Under the pieces are notes generated by a model. The model was given only the letters and a program-made list of their open reading frames with translations. It made no database searches and was not told where the DNA came from. From positions 35,092,001 through 35,156,000 of the forward strand of contig NC_042999.1 in NCBI RefSeq assembly GCF_006345805.1: a DNA stretch of 64,000 nt. Reading direction: 5' to 3'. Each line of letters begins with the position of its first letter. The stretch's first letter is position 1. Of the stretch, positions 25,860 through 38,747 are shown piece after piece. The translations under genes were made by a program, and so were the position numbers. Source of the DNA: Octopus sinensis. Lineage: Eukaryota.

Positions 25860-25938
25860 TATTCCTGAGCGTTATACTAATACATCTGTTTGTTTTGTAC
25901 ACCACCTGTCTTCGTCTTTTGTTTTTTTCGTAAACTCT

Positions 25939-25945
<7 letters not shown>
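25860..25945 (+). mobile_element. PLE pseudo-LTR 3' fragment
   Basis: Near reverse complement of 33330-33410; followed by (TA)n. Confidence 0.7.
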
Positions 25946-25975
<30 letters not shown>

Positions 25976-26149
25976 GACAGTCAGACAGATACACGCACAT
26001 ACATGTATACATACACACATACATACAATGCGAAGGCACCTGGAAGGGATCTAATATTTGGATATTGGTAGAAGAAGCCAGTTGATATGTATGTTCAAAA
26101 GGACTATGGAATTTCAGACTGATATACCACAATGGCTTGCTATAGCAAG

Positions 26150-28264
26150 GACAAATCTTGTTGCCAAAAATGAAATCACCGAAATGGCAGGAAACTACAG
26201 GCCCATTGCTTGACTATATATTATTTACTAACTGCACACCACTTGCCTCAACCAATTCCTCGAGGACCATTGTGAGACGAACATTCTGACTGATGAACAG
26301 GCTGGTAGAAAGAGGGGAGTGTGGGGATGTACCGAGCAACTTTTAATAAACAAAACTGTACTGTCTGAAGTAAGAAAACAACGCAGAAACCTTGTGAGAG
26401 TATGGCTTGACTATAAGAAGGCATTCGACTCTATCCTTCATTCATGGTTGTTGAAGTGCCTACATCTGGCAAAGGTACCTACTGCCTTAATTGCTGCCAT
26501 AGAGAGACTCACAAAGACATGGGTAACTATTCTTACACTTACTACTGAGAACAGAATAATTGTTTCTAATAGTAAAGGCATTACAAAGGATATATTCCAG
26601 GATGATAGTCTTTCTGTACTTCTTTTCATTTTGGCAGTGAATCTATTATCATTCCTACTGCAGGCAACAAATGGTTACATGCTAGGATCTTCAACTGCTA
26701 GAAATATCACTGTAACTCATAATTTCTTTGAAGTCGATCTGAGGATTAATGTTAAAAGTTTTAACAATGCCAAAAAACAACTGGAATTAATAACATTTTC
26801 AGCTGATACAGGCATGGAATTTGGCCAAAAGAAATGTTCATATCTGGTTATAGAACGAGGAAAGTCAGTCCCCAAAACCCAAAACCTGTGCCTCAACGGT
26901 CTCTCTATCTCCTCCATTCCACACAAAGAATGTTACACGTACCTAGGCATTGACGAAAATGTATCATATGAAGGCACTGTGAACAAAGATAGAGTGACCC
27001 GAGAATATTACACCAGACTTAGGAAAATATAGTAGTCGCAACTCTCCTCTTACAACAAAACAATAACCCACAATGCATTTGCAGTACCAGTGCTCATCCA
27101 AACATTTGAGATACTTGATTTATCTGTAGAAGAAATCCACTCCATAAATATCAAAACCTGCAAAACTTCCACAAAAACACTGATGTTGACAGGCTCTACA
27201 TAAGAAGAAATGAAGGTGTGTAGAGGCCTGAGATCAGTGCAGACGACTTTCGAATGCCATACAGTATCACTCAGGCAGCACCTGCTGAACATCAGCGGCA
27301 AAAATAGATATATTAATGCAGTCCTGAAAAGTGAAGCGAGCAACATTGTACGAGTTAGCAGTGAACTCGAGAAACACTCTCTCCCTGATGATCTGTACAG
27401 CCCCAAAACAGCTGGGCTCTCTTACCTCACAGAAGACCTGGATGGAAAACACTCAACATACAAAAAAAGACCATGCATGGGTATGTTGCCCGGAAGCTTG
27501 AAGAAGACAGTAGAATTGACACGAAGCGCAGCTTCTCTTGGACACAAGACCACTACATCACATTACACTTTGAAGGCTATGCAGTTTGCAATCCAGGAAC
27601 AGGAGATTGCCACAAATTATCTGGTGAACAAGAGAGACGGTGACGCTCTTGTAATCCCAAAGTTCAATCGCATGTATAGGCTATGTCATGTTTCTGTGGA
27701 AGGCATTACACATCTGATTAGCAGCTATCTTAAAATGACTTCACGGCACTACCTCCCTATGCGGCACGATGTTGTTGCTAAAACAATTTACAATGCCGTC
27801 CGCTAAAAAGACTGTTCTGAAATAAACTTAGAAAATCCCTCTATTATGGAATACATCATAAACACCAATTCGGGGCATGCTGGTGGAATATTCCCATCAA
27901 AACTTCCGACAAATGTAGACACAACAGACCGAATATTGCCGTTTGGGACAGATGTGCAAAGCTATGTACCATTATAGAGTTAAGCTGCCATGCAAATATG
28001 AATGCAGCTTTGACAATAAAAGAAAAAGAGGATATCTATGGACAACTGCTTCAAAACCATCAGCTTCTATATCCAGACTATGAATTCATGTTCATGCCAA
28101 TAACAATTGGAGCACTAGGTTTTGTTAGTAAGTGCTTAAAAGAGAATCTGGATAAACTGGGATTTTCAGAAAGAGAAACTGACCGGCTGATTCGTACATT
28201 ACACGTCCAATCTCTGAGTGGAACAGTCAAAATATGCAAGACTTTTCTCAAGTTCCAAATGTGA
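26150..28264 (+). mobile_element. R4/Dong-like non-LTR retrotransposon (RT, CCHC finger, REL endonuclease), decayed and 5'-truncated
   Basis: WLDYKKAFDSILHSW, IFQDDSLSVLLF, MEFGQKKC, YTYLGI, FAIQEQEIAT, LCHVSVEGITHLIS..RHDVVA, RHNRPNIAVWD, PITIGALG; multiple stops and frameshifts. Confidence 0.85.
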
Positions 28265-28380
28265 ATATGTCTGTGTTAACTACACACCAAAGATGGAGCA
28301 TCGATAGATATGAGTAAAAAATAGAAGAGACATACATAAACATATGTTTCTGTGAACATGTGAGCATGCTTCTTTCGCAG

Positions 28381-28670
28381 ATATTTGAGTAGCGGCTGTA
28401 GAGTGGGACTTGAGGAAGACTTGACTGCTAGCTCTGGCATATTTGAGTAGCGGCTGTAGTGTGGGACTTGAGGAAGATTTGACTGCTAGCTCTGGCATAT
28501 TTGAGTAGCGGCTGTAGAGTGGGACTTAAGGAAGATTTGACTGCTAGCTCTGGCATATTTGAGTAGCGGCTGTAGAGTGGGACTTGAGGAAGATTTGACT
28601 GCTAGCTCTGGCATATTTGAGTAGCGGCTGTAGAGTGGGACTTGAGGAAGATTTGACTGCTAGCTCTGGC
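28381..28670. repeat. Minisatellite, 5 x 58 bp, near-identical units
   Basis: Unit ATATTTGAGTAGCGGCTGTAGAGTGGGACTTGAGGAAGATTTGACTGCTAGCTCTGGC in five contiguous copies without spacers. Confidence 0.95.
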
Positions 28671-28833
28671 AGATCGAGCGACTACGTAGAAGCTCCATGT
28701 GGATACCGTATATGATACCATGAATACATATTCCATATATAATCATGACACTCTGAACCGTATTGTAAGACTTCCGCAAAAAAAAAGTTAATATTGATAT
28801 AAAATTCTACCCTCTCCTTTTCTCCCCCACATT

Positions 28834-28868
<35 letters not shown>

Positions 28869-29679
28869 CACTCTCTCTTCTGTTCTTTCTTCTGCTGATT
28901 AGGAAGATTATTTTTGTTTATCTCATAATAATAGCTGCCACAATCACAGGTTGTAACGGCTTTCATTGCTCTAAAACAATGTTTGTCCCTAGCTCAGTTA
29001 CTCGAATAAATATAATTAAGATGTGTTTGTGTACATGCGAATGCGCGTGTTTGCTTTTGTTTCTTTGTCTGTGTGCGCGTACGTGTGTGTGTGCGTGTGT
29101 ACGTCAGTGTTCATTTGATATCTGTACATTCTAATTTAGTTTGTCCTTGCAACGGTACAACATATTGAAATGTGAAGTACCACTCTGGTATTTTGCTTTA
29201 CAAGAACTATTTGAATATTCTAATTTACTAACTGGACACACAATCAATTCGTTTAGGCTACAAGTTTACAACTACAAAGTTTTTCTTGGTCGGTGGATAT
29301 GTTGCTCTATCAAATAATCTAAAGCAGTAGCACTACTCTTGACAGCATTGTTATGAACGTGTGCTTAATCTTTTGAATGTTGTTGACATTAGAAACAAAT
29401 GGAATCTGCTCGGAATTGAAACTGTATTGTAAACACCTAATCTAAACGTGTTATGACAATTCGTCGTATTCAAATATTAGTTTAAATACACAAGCATATC
29501 TATGTGTGCATACATGCATATCTCTCTATATGAACATATGTGTGTGAGAATGTATGCATGCGGACATGTATGTACAGATGTATGCATATAAAAATGTCCA
29601 TACATATATACATGTACACAAGGGCGCGGGAATGGATAGCATTTTAGGTGGATCTATTGGCATACTCTCTTTTCTCTTT

Positions 29680-30077
29680 TACTCTTTTACTTGTTTCAGT
29701 CATTTGACTGCGGCCATGCTGGAGCACCGCCTTTAGTCGAGCAAATCGACCCCGGACTTATTCTTTGTGAGCCTGGTACTTATTCTATCGGTCTGTTTTG
29801 CCGAACCGCTAAGTAACGGGGACGTAAACACACCAGCATCGGTTGTCAAGCAATGCTAGGGGGACAAACACAGACACACAAACACACACACACACACATA
29901 TATATATATACATATATACGACGGCTTCTTTCAGTTTCCGTCTACCAAATCCACTCACAAGGCATTGGTCGGCTCGGGGCTATAGCAGAAGACACTTGCC
30001 CAAGGTGCCACGCAGTGGGACTGAACCCGGAACCATGTGGTTGGTTAGCAAGCTACTTACCACACAGCCACTCCTGC
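29680..30077 (-). mobile_element. tRNA-derived SINE (family A), full length
   Basis: Reverse complement of the 15487 family, head to tail. Confidence 0.9.
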
Positions 30078-30493
30078 ATACGGAATATTTCAAATAGTTT
30101 TACATTAGTTTCGACCGAATGTAGATGAAGTCATCTCCTCCTCAGCTTTGAAACTAGGTCAGTTAGTCACGTGGTTAATTGCCCCAATAATTATTGGTAC
30201 AAATCTAAAGTTATAATCAGGATGAAGTGCTCCTCATCAGCTCGGCATAAATGTTCTGTTTCACTAACCCTTTACACTGTGCTACCATCTTTCGGGAAAC
30301 TAATTTCAACAACTGTGCATGTTTTTCTTTTTCGGTTCTAGATTATTGTCTGGTTTGTTCAGCTTGCATATTATAGAAGTTTGACGGAAACGTTCACCAG
30401 TATTCTTTCGGATATTCTGTCTTTATGCTTTCCATATTTTTGTTGCTTATTATATGTTTTCGCAAGCTTAAGTTTTCTACTGATTATATAATA

Positions 30494-31766
30494 TCAGGTC
30501 ATTAAGAATGAAGTGTCCAATTTTGAACTGAAAGTTTATTTTATTTTATCTGAACAAAAAGCAAATCAGTTAATCAAAGTATGCACCTAAATTATCAACA
30601 CAATTTTGCTATTTTATTGGCAGCTTATTTATGCCAGCAGCGAAGAATTCTGGAGAGCAAGAGGTGATGAAATCACGAAAGGCTGTTTTTATATCTTCTT
30701 CAGTTTTGAAGTTTTTTCCTTCTAAAAGTTGTCTAATGCTTGGAAAACGTGATAGTCAGTTGGTGCAAGGTCTGGTGAATATGTTGCATGTCTGAGTACT
30801 TCCAAGTTCAGTTCTAGTAAACTGAGTAGTGTCCTTCATACAACATGTGGTCGAGCGTTGTCTTGCAAGAGAATTAGCCTGTCTCTATTGACCAATCTCG
30901 GTTGTTTAATTGCAAGTTCATTCATCATTTCATTCAATTGGTTGATGTATACATCCGCTTATCAGGTCTCATGAAGCTGTAGTGGATGACGCCAATGCTG
31001 GACCACCAAACAGACACCATTAGCTTTTTTTTGGTGAATATTCTGTTTTGGATTGTGTTTAGGCACTTCGTTTTGTATCCAACCACCATGCAAAATGCTT
31101 GCTATTATTGAAAAGAATCCATTTTTCAACACGCGTAACAATACCGTTCAAAAATGGTTCGCTTTTATGTAATGACAACAAAGAACAGCAAGTTTCAAGA
31201 TGACGTGTCATTTGATACTCGTTCAGTTCGTGTGGTTCCCACTTATCCAGCTCCTTTACCTTGCTGATTTGTTTCAGATGGACCAATACAGTTGGAATCG
31301 AAACATCAAACCTTACTTCTAAATTACGCGTAGTTTGAGTTGTATCCGCTTCCACTGCAGTTTCCGGATCATCCTTATCCACCCTTAGTCTCAGGTCTAC
31401 CAAGGGAATGATTTTTAAAGAGTAAAATCACCAGACTGGAACTTCTCAAATCATCAACGTACAGTGCGCTCATTCGCCACATCTTCACCAAACACCTCAT
31501 TGATGTTTCGGGCGGTCTGGGATGCGTTAGTTCCACGATGGAACCCATATTCATAAACATCATGAATTTATCTATGCATGGGTTCACAAAGATTGATTTA
31601 CAAAAGAAAACTCACAATATAGTCAGACATGATTAATGGCATTTCGAAAAGTGATGCTGTAACTCTCTTCAATGTTGTAAAAGAATTGTCAGAATAAAGC
31701 ATTAGAGTTTATGACTGTCAAACTTGGTGCGTAAGAAAATCGAACATTTCATTCTTAATGACTTGA
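30494..31766 (-). mobile_element. Mariner DNA transposon, full length, decayed transposase
   Basis: TA target duplications (30492-93, 31767-68); ~25-bp TIRs TCA(G/A)GTCATTAAGAATGAA(G/A)TGT; transposase motifs GRPET, KELDKWEPHEL, FLNGIVTRVEKWILF, MVSVWW and LQDNARPH. Confidence 0.93.
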
Positions 31767-31933
31767 TATATGGTGTTATGGTCGTGACATCGTGTCTTAA
31801 AGGTGAGTAACACTGTGACAACATTTTCGAGCAGCAAGATATGATGTGGTTAACATCTTCTATGTATTACGTGTGTATATTGTAATGTGTATGCGTGAAA
31901 GCCTTCATCGATATATATGTGTATATATATATA

Positions 31934-31973
<40 letters not shown>

Positions 31974-32009
31974 CATATATAATATAAATGTATGTTTGCA
32001 TAGCTGTAC

Positions 32010-32098
<89 letters not shown>

Positions 32099-33223
32099 GC
32101 GTGTGTCTGAGTGTGTGCGTATCTGTGTGTATGAATATTTTTGTATACGTGTATCTCAATGGAAATTTATAGCTTAAAATCTAATTATAATGATGCAACA
32201 TTTCTGTTTCATTATATATTTAATCATTTGCATTCTGCAATATTTTCTAATAGTCATCATAAAATTCTATGTTATTCTGTGTCTGAATTGTAATTTCAAT
32301 TCGTAGTAGGAGAATAAATACCTGATTATAGACGCAACAAAATGTACTTCCCTTCATCATTCTTGAAATCATGATTTACTGACTTTCGGCATTCATGAGC
32401 AAGTTAATTAGTGTTTATAAAGGTTATATGTTTTCTTTCTGAATCGCCTACGTATGAGTTTGCGTGAGAGTGTGTTGTGTGTATGTCTGTGTGTGTGTTT
32501 GTGTGTGTGAGGACTAAAATAGATAACGGACTATTCAATAATACACTGTATGATAGGACTATCTTCTTTACCTTATATTCACATGATAGTTTTCCATTAA
32601 ATTAAGTCAAAACACATCTATCGCCATTTTGGGAGTTCACTGCCGCGGTCCGATTACGAGTTATGGCCATAGGTGTGTCTCGACTTGATTTTGTGGAATT
32701 CTCTTACGCCCCTGGAATTCAACCTACCATGGTTTTTATGAAACGAACTTTTTTGACGTATTTTTAATTGAAAAGAGTAAAAAACCATTTTTGGTTGATT
32801 GATATCTTTATTTAGGTTTTTAGTCGCCTGACGCGTTTTAGTAATTCATTTGGATTGCTTATTTTTAGTCGATTGTATATATCTTCTTGATAGGCCGTTC
32901 TATATATTTGTATTTTTATTGTTATTTAAATCATTTATACTTCCAGCAGATGTTTCGAAAAAAGCACTGAGATTATTTCGGAGAGAATAAAAATGATGTA
33001 AAATAATGCAATCAGATCGTCAGGGAAAAAAGAATAAAACACATCAATAAGCCATTTTAACAGAATGTGATTACTGCGTGCGTAAGTATATGATGTAAGG
33101 AGAACGCTAGCAAGTTATTTTTTTTAAATAAAAAGCTGTTAATAGCTTTAAGTAGGCTGTAATTTTTGCTATCCTGGTAACTATTTTTCCTTGTTAATTG
33201 TACACATTAAAAAATATACATGC

Positions 33224-33324
<101 letters not shown>

Positions 33325-33329
33325 TATAA

Positions 33330-35073
33330 TGGGAAAGTTTACGAAAAAAACAAAAGACGAAGACAGGTGGTGTACAAAACAAACAGATGTATTAGCATAG
33401 CGCTCAGGAATAGAAAAAGTCTTTTACGTTTCGAGCCTACGCTCTTCTACAGAAAGGTACACAGAAAAAACAAGGAGAGAAACAAGGAGAGAAAAAATGT
33501 GTGTAGTGGCTGGTATTCTTATACTTGTGTGCGGATATAGTTTGTCATTGAGGAATATTTCTTGTATGTGGAGTTTGTGTGCTATATGTGTTCAGATTTT
33601 GCGTTCAGCGAAAGACCTCTGGTGGCTCTCCTTTGAAGTATTTGAGCGTAAAATATTGCTTGTGTATATTTTATATATTTTACATATCCTGAACGCGTAA
33701 TCTGAACGCATATTGCACACAGAAAAAATATACTCGAATGACTACCTTAGCACACAAGTATAAGAACACCAGACCCAAAACAAAAGTAAAAAAATAAACA
33801 CAAATTGACCACACAACAGTTTGCTCAACAGACAAATCAACAAGATACAAACATTCAAAAGATGCCACCCAATAGTAACGTCCCTTGATTCATTGATTTA
33901 TTCAGGAGAATTCACAAGAATCTCCGTGAACTAAACGAGACTATGTTTCCCAAAATGGAGTCGAACACCTTGCTCCATGTGATCGGCAAGAAAAATTGTT
34001 ACGACAATACATTCAAAAGATTTGGGAGAGATACCTGGATGACTATTTCATACTCTGGAATAAAAACTTAAACTCCTAGAATTTAAAAGACTTCCGAACA
34101 GCATCCACACAAGCATTCAATTCACTATGGAGGCACTTCCATTCCTAGACATTCTAATTAAAATAACAAACAACAGCAAAATCGAAACAGACATATTTTA
34201 TAAAACAACAGATGCGAAACAATACCTTCTCTTTAGTTCTTGCCATCCTAGACGCACAAAAACAAACTTCCCATTCAACATTGCAAGAAGAATCTGCACT
34301 ATTGTCTCAGAGAAAAAAAAACTAGAGATTGATTTAAGACTACAAGAACTGAAAAACGTCCTCCTAGATAGACAACCCATTAATGAAGGAATAAAACGTG
34401 CCAATTCTTTCAACACCGAGACATTAAGAAAAACCAAAGACATTAACAAACCTCTCCTTAAAACACTACCCTACATACCCACATACAACCCCAGAAACAA
34501 AGAAGCATTCAGCACAATCATACAAAACCTACCAATACTACACAAGGATCCAAAACTAAAAAGAATTTTACGTGACATTAAAATTGTCAAAAGCAACAAA
34601 CAACCCAAGTCATTAAAGAAACTGCTAACTAATGCAAAATTATTCCTCTCCACAACAAGCACCAAAGTAAAAAAAATGTAATCGCCCCAACTATGGTACA
34701 TGCCCCAACCTTTTGATAGGGTCAGAATACTATTTTAAAGAAGGGCAACACTTTACAATTAAATCAAATTTCCCTTGTGCATCCGAAAATCTGATCTATG
34801 TAATAGATGCTCGGGCTGCAAGAAAGACTATATCGGTATCACGGGGAATTCTGTCAACGTTGTACGGTGCATCGTCAACAGATAGCCGCACCACAATACC
34901 GCCAAATTTATCTCAGTGAACATATCGACGTATGTACGAAACAAATACAACCTGAATTCACATTTTTCCCTCTATATAAATTTGCTGACTGGACTTCTAC
35001 ACAAGCCCGACTCAATAAAGAGACATATTTCATCCAAAAATACAAACCTGAACTAAATACCAATTCATTTTAA
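33330..35073 (+). mobile_element. Neptune-type Penelope-like element (RT C-terminal half plus GIY-YIG) with an inverted 5' pseudo-LTR
   Basis: YLDD at 34032-34043; LPFLDILI..DIFYKTTDAKQYLLFSSCHP; CNRPNYGTCP..ENLIYVI..YIG..HRQQI..ETYFIQKYKPELN; inverted duplication 33500-33610 / 33690-33775; hammerhead-like motif at 33421-33456 (minus). Confidence 0.9.
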
Positions 35074-35318
35074 TTTTATTACTAAATGTCACTTAATTAT
35101 TTGACTCCTTGACACACATTTATTTTCAAACCTGAGTCATGAGAGGTCTGACTTGACTCTTATAGAGAAAATAGTCATACCTTGGCAATTATTTTACCGT
35201 TCATTTTCATTTTCTATTGGACTGATTTATTTTATTCAATTATGGAATTTCAACATATACAAAAAGGTTATATATGTATGCCAACCACAATTTTTAGGTA
35301 TAAATTACTGTTCATACT

Positions 35319-35364
<46 letters not shown>

Positions 35365-35852
35365 TACATATAAATATACATATAAATATACATATAAATA
35401 TATTGTTACAAGAAAGAAAATAAGATGTTAGAGCATAAAATATATGCATATACACTCATTCGCACATTACTGCTTAATCTTTAAAACCTTGTACGGTAAT
35501 ATAATTAACTGTATATAAAATGAAATAATGACTGTAACTGTATGCTTGTCAAAAACACTGGAGAGCTTCATGAAAAAATAAGAGTTTCTCCCCTTGACGT
35601 ATTGCTTCATCTCTGTTCACTTTGTTTTCAAAGATGGCGTCCTACTGACAGCAAAAAGGTTTTCTCTATATAAGTTGACAATCGTTGATCGTGAAACCGG
35701 TGTTTATTTAATTTGTAATGATGTAATATGATCCTAATATCACCATAAATTTTATTATAAAAACTTTCTGTCACTCTTACATTTCTTTTCTTTCTTATAT
35801 ACCTATCCGCGTGTATAAAGAAATTTCCATTCTTCATTTTTTATACATATAG

Positions 35853-35916
<64 letters not shown>

Positions 35917-35918
<2 letters not shown>

Positions 35919-36120
35919 AATAGCCAATCCAAACAAGAACAAGCGAGAAAAAACAACAACGTCAGGAAGTGGAATAAGTACAGCGTTATTCGACACTCAG
36001 GAAAGGAAAGAAAAGAAAGAGGATTTCACGTTTCGAGCGGAGCTCTTCGTCAGAAAAATAGGAAAAGTTCAAAAAAGGGAAGACGGAGAAAGAAAATTGC
36101 CAACAATACACACGCGGTCA
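35917..36120 (-). mobile_element. PLE pseudo-LTR with minimal hammerhead motif
   Basis: Homologous to 25355-25550; CTGACGA-A-GAGCTCCGCTC-GAAACGTG on the minus strand; flanked by (TA)n. Confidence 0.7.
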
Positions 36121-36265
36121 CATATATTTGCTTATGTATATATATGTATATATACATACATATATTTATGTATATATATATACATATATATGTATATATA
36201 TATGTACATATATGCATATGTACATATATATATGTATATCTATCTATCTATATATATACACACAC

Positions 36266-36329
<64 letters not shown>

Positions 36330-36331
36330 AT

Positions 36332-36719
36332 GTAGCCGGCCAGAATGCTAGAAGAAGATCTGCAGTCCTTCGCTTCAGGAGTCTCTCAGCGCGCCAGAAC
36401 CAAGACATTTGAAATTTTATTCCCGATGTAATCAGTAAGACTAAGCACGTGTCTGTCTTGACACAGAGAGCTGGGGTTAGTCTTGCAGTTTGCATCACGA
36501 CGACCGAATGTACTGAAGAAGTCACGGACACTTGAATTATGCAAGTAATTCTTTTGTTAAGACCGAAACCGAGGTATGCATTTAAGTCTGTTATTTATTT
36601 AATTTTTCATATGTCCTGCCCGCCAAAGTTGGTTCTGGTGTTCGCTGAATTCTTCCTCTAGAGAACTTCCCTTGTAGTTTGATCGTTGATGATCTTCTTC
36701 TAGCATTCTGGCCGGCTAC
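36332..36719 (+). mobile_element. TIR-bounded non-autonomous element containing a hammerhead-like core
   Basis: Perfect 29-bp TIR GTAGCCGGCCAGAATGCTAGAAGAAGATC (36332-36360 / 36691-36719); extra inner inverted repeats; located in (TA)n. Confidence 0.8.
36507..36582 (+). ncRNA. Putative type I hammerhead ribozyme
   Basis: Stem I AAUGUA/UGCAUU, CUGAAGA (36513-19), stem II GUC...GAC with an inner ACUUG/CAAGU hairpin, GAAA (36565-68), stem III ACC-GA-GGU, GUA cleavage triplet (36574-76). Confidence 0.6.
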
Positions 36720-36855
36720 CTAGCAGGCCAGCCCTGCCAATATACACATATATTTGAATTTTCTCTGACTCCTCAGATTTTTTGAATGCTGGACTACTGG
36801 TTTTAAATTGATATTAAAATTAATATTAATTTATCTCCCTCAATTTTTAAATATT

Positions 36856-36930
<75 letters not shown>

Positions 36931-36942
36931 CGTTTATATATA

Positions 36943-37330
36943 CAGTGTGCACTGAATAAACTGTCGTCTAAATTACGCGCAAATGAAAATGACAGACATC
37001 CCATTTTGACACATATATTTACCAAAATTACATAAAAATATCTTGAAATATTAAAGAGTAAATTTATTCAATAAAATTGCCATTGGCTTCAACCACGGCC
37101 TCCAGACGACTTTGGAATCTCCTGCAACTCTTCTAGACGGTCTCCTTGTTTAGGTTGGTAAATGCTGCCATAGTCCTTGCCTTCAGTCCATCCTTACAAG
37201 GAGTCTCGTTGGTCTCTTGCTGAATTGCGCCCCACACATAATAATCAAGGAGTTTGCAGTCTGGGGAGTTGAGTAGCCACGTGTTAGGAGTGATGTGGCC
37301 GCAGAAAGTGTCTGGCAGTCATGGCAGGAT
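36943..37330 (-). mobile_element. Tc1/mariner-superfamily (maT/DD37D-like) 3' fragment
   Basis: TA|CAGTGTGCACTGAATAAAC terminus; minus strand encodes HITPNTWLLNSPDCKLLDYYVWGA...DGLKARTMAAFTNLNKETV*KSCRRFQSRLEAVVEANGNFIE*. Confidence 0.8.
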
Positions 37331-37334
37331 TTTT

Positions 37335-37520
37335 TTTTGCATAGGTGAAAAAAGGCTGTAACAGTGGTCATTAGCGGGGCAGCTGCTTCTTGAATGAGGT
37401 TGTCTTCTGTGAAGTAAATTCGCTGCCTATTTTCCAAATCAACGCTGATATGAATCACAGGAGGGTATCTTTCGTGAATTGGGAATCCTAAGGTTCTCCA
37501 TATGGCTTCATTTGGGGGTG
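37335..37520 (-). mobile_element. Helitron Rep/helicase fragment
   Basis: NEAIWRTLGFPIHERYPPVIHISVDLENRQRIYFTEDN...TTVTAFFHLC matches the Helitron EAxWRIFxFxIHERxPxVxxLxVHLENGQRVYF..TTLTAFF motif. Confidence 0.85.
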
Positions 37521-38224
37521 GAAGCAAGTCGGCGGGTGTCGACTTTACTTTTCATCCTTTCGGGTTCATTATAGTTTATATGATATAAATTTGTTTATTT
37601 GTGTTAAGTACAGAAATACTTGGTATTAAGTACAGAAATACTTTAAGTAGAGCCGTCAATTTGGCACAATTTCTGCATTTGATGACCTTTCCCTCTGTTT
37701 AAAATGATTTTCGTAACTATCACATTGCTAATAATGTATTATGTCATGGAACTAGACTAAAAGGTCATTGTTTAAAGAAAATAGTCCAATATACTACATG
37801 AACTCTTATGATCGAATAATCGGAACAGAAGTAGTATTTAAGTAGGCGCTTCAGGTTGTGTAGCTAAAATGGCCAAATATACTCACATTTGTAATACATG
37901 CAAGTACATATTTGATGCATCATTATCTAAAATATTTTAATTATTATAGCAATAATCTAATAGTTTGTTAATGTAATTAATTTAATTCAAAATAGACTCA
38001 ACTTCTAGAAAGTAATTTCAGAAATAGAAATGCTGTTATTAAAACTGAAAATGGGGAAGAAAAAAAACTATGAAATAATTGTAAGGAGTTGGAAGTTATT
38101 TTTATCACATTTCATGATACTCACTTCGTTTTAATTAAGGTGGCAGAAATTAAGCTTTCTCTCCGGAAATTGAATTACAAAATATGGAAAGTGAACAACA
38201 TATAGAACAATAATATTAATGACG

Positions 38225-38251
38225 GCAGTAATGACGATAATAAAAATAATG

Positions 38252-38340
<89 letters not shown>

Positions 38341-38351
38341 TGATGATGATG

Positions 38352-38401
<50 letters not shown>

Positions 38402-38410
38402 TAATAATAA
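38225..38410. repeat. (AAT)n/(GAT)n microsatellite
   Basis: Directly visible. Confidence 0.95.
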
Positions 38411-38674
38411 TCCCTCTAGTGAGGATAATTAGAATTATATTCATGAGGTTGATGATGTTACTGCTTCGACAACGGCTAGTGATTCTTACAGTGACAAGAA
38501 TATTCCTCTAGAAATGTAATTATTTTCAATATTTCTTCAAAATGTATTACTTTGAGCCAATGCTAAATGAACATGGAAAAATTATTAACTCTAATTAAAT
38601 TCTTAATATTATTTTCAAAATTCTGACTTTGAAATTACAATTTTCTGGAAGCAAATACAAACCTCCTCCTTCTT

Positions 38675-38679
<5 letters not shown>

Positions 38680-38747
<68 letters not shown>

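Noticed and set aside
28381-28670. CRISPR-like array
   Set aside because: The units are contiguous with no unique spacers, there are no cas genes, and the context is eukaryotic. It is a minisatellite.
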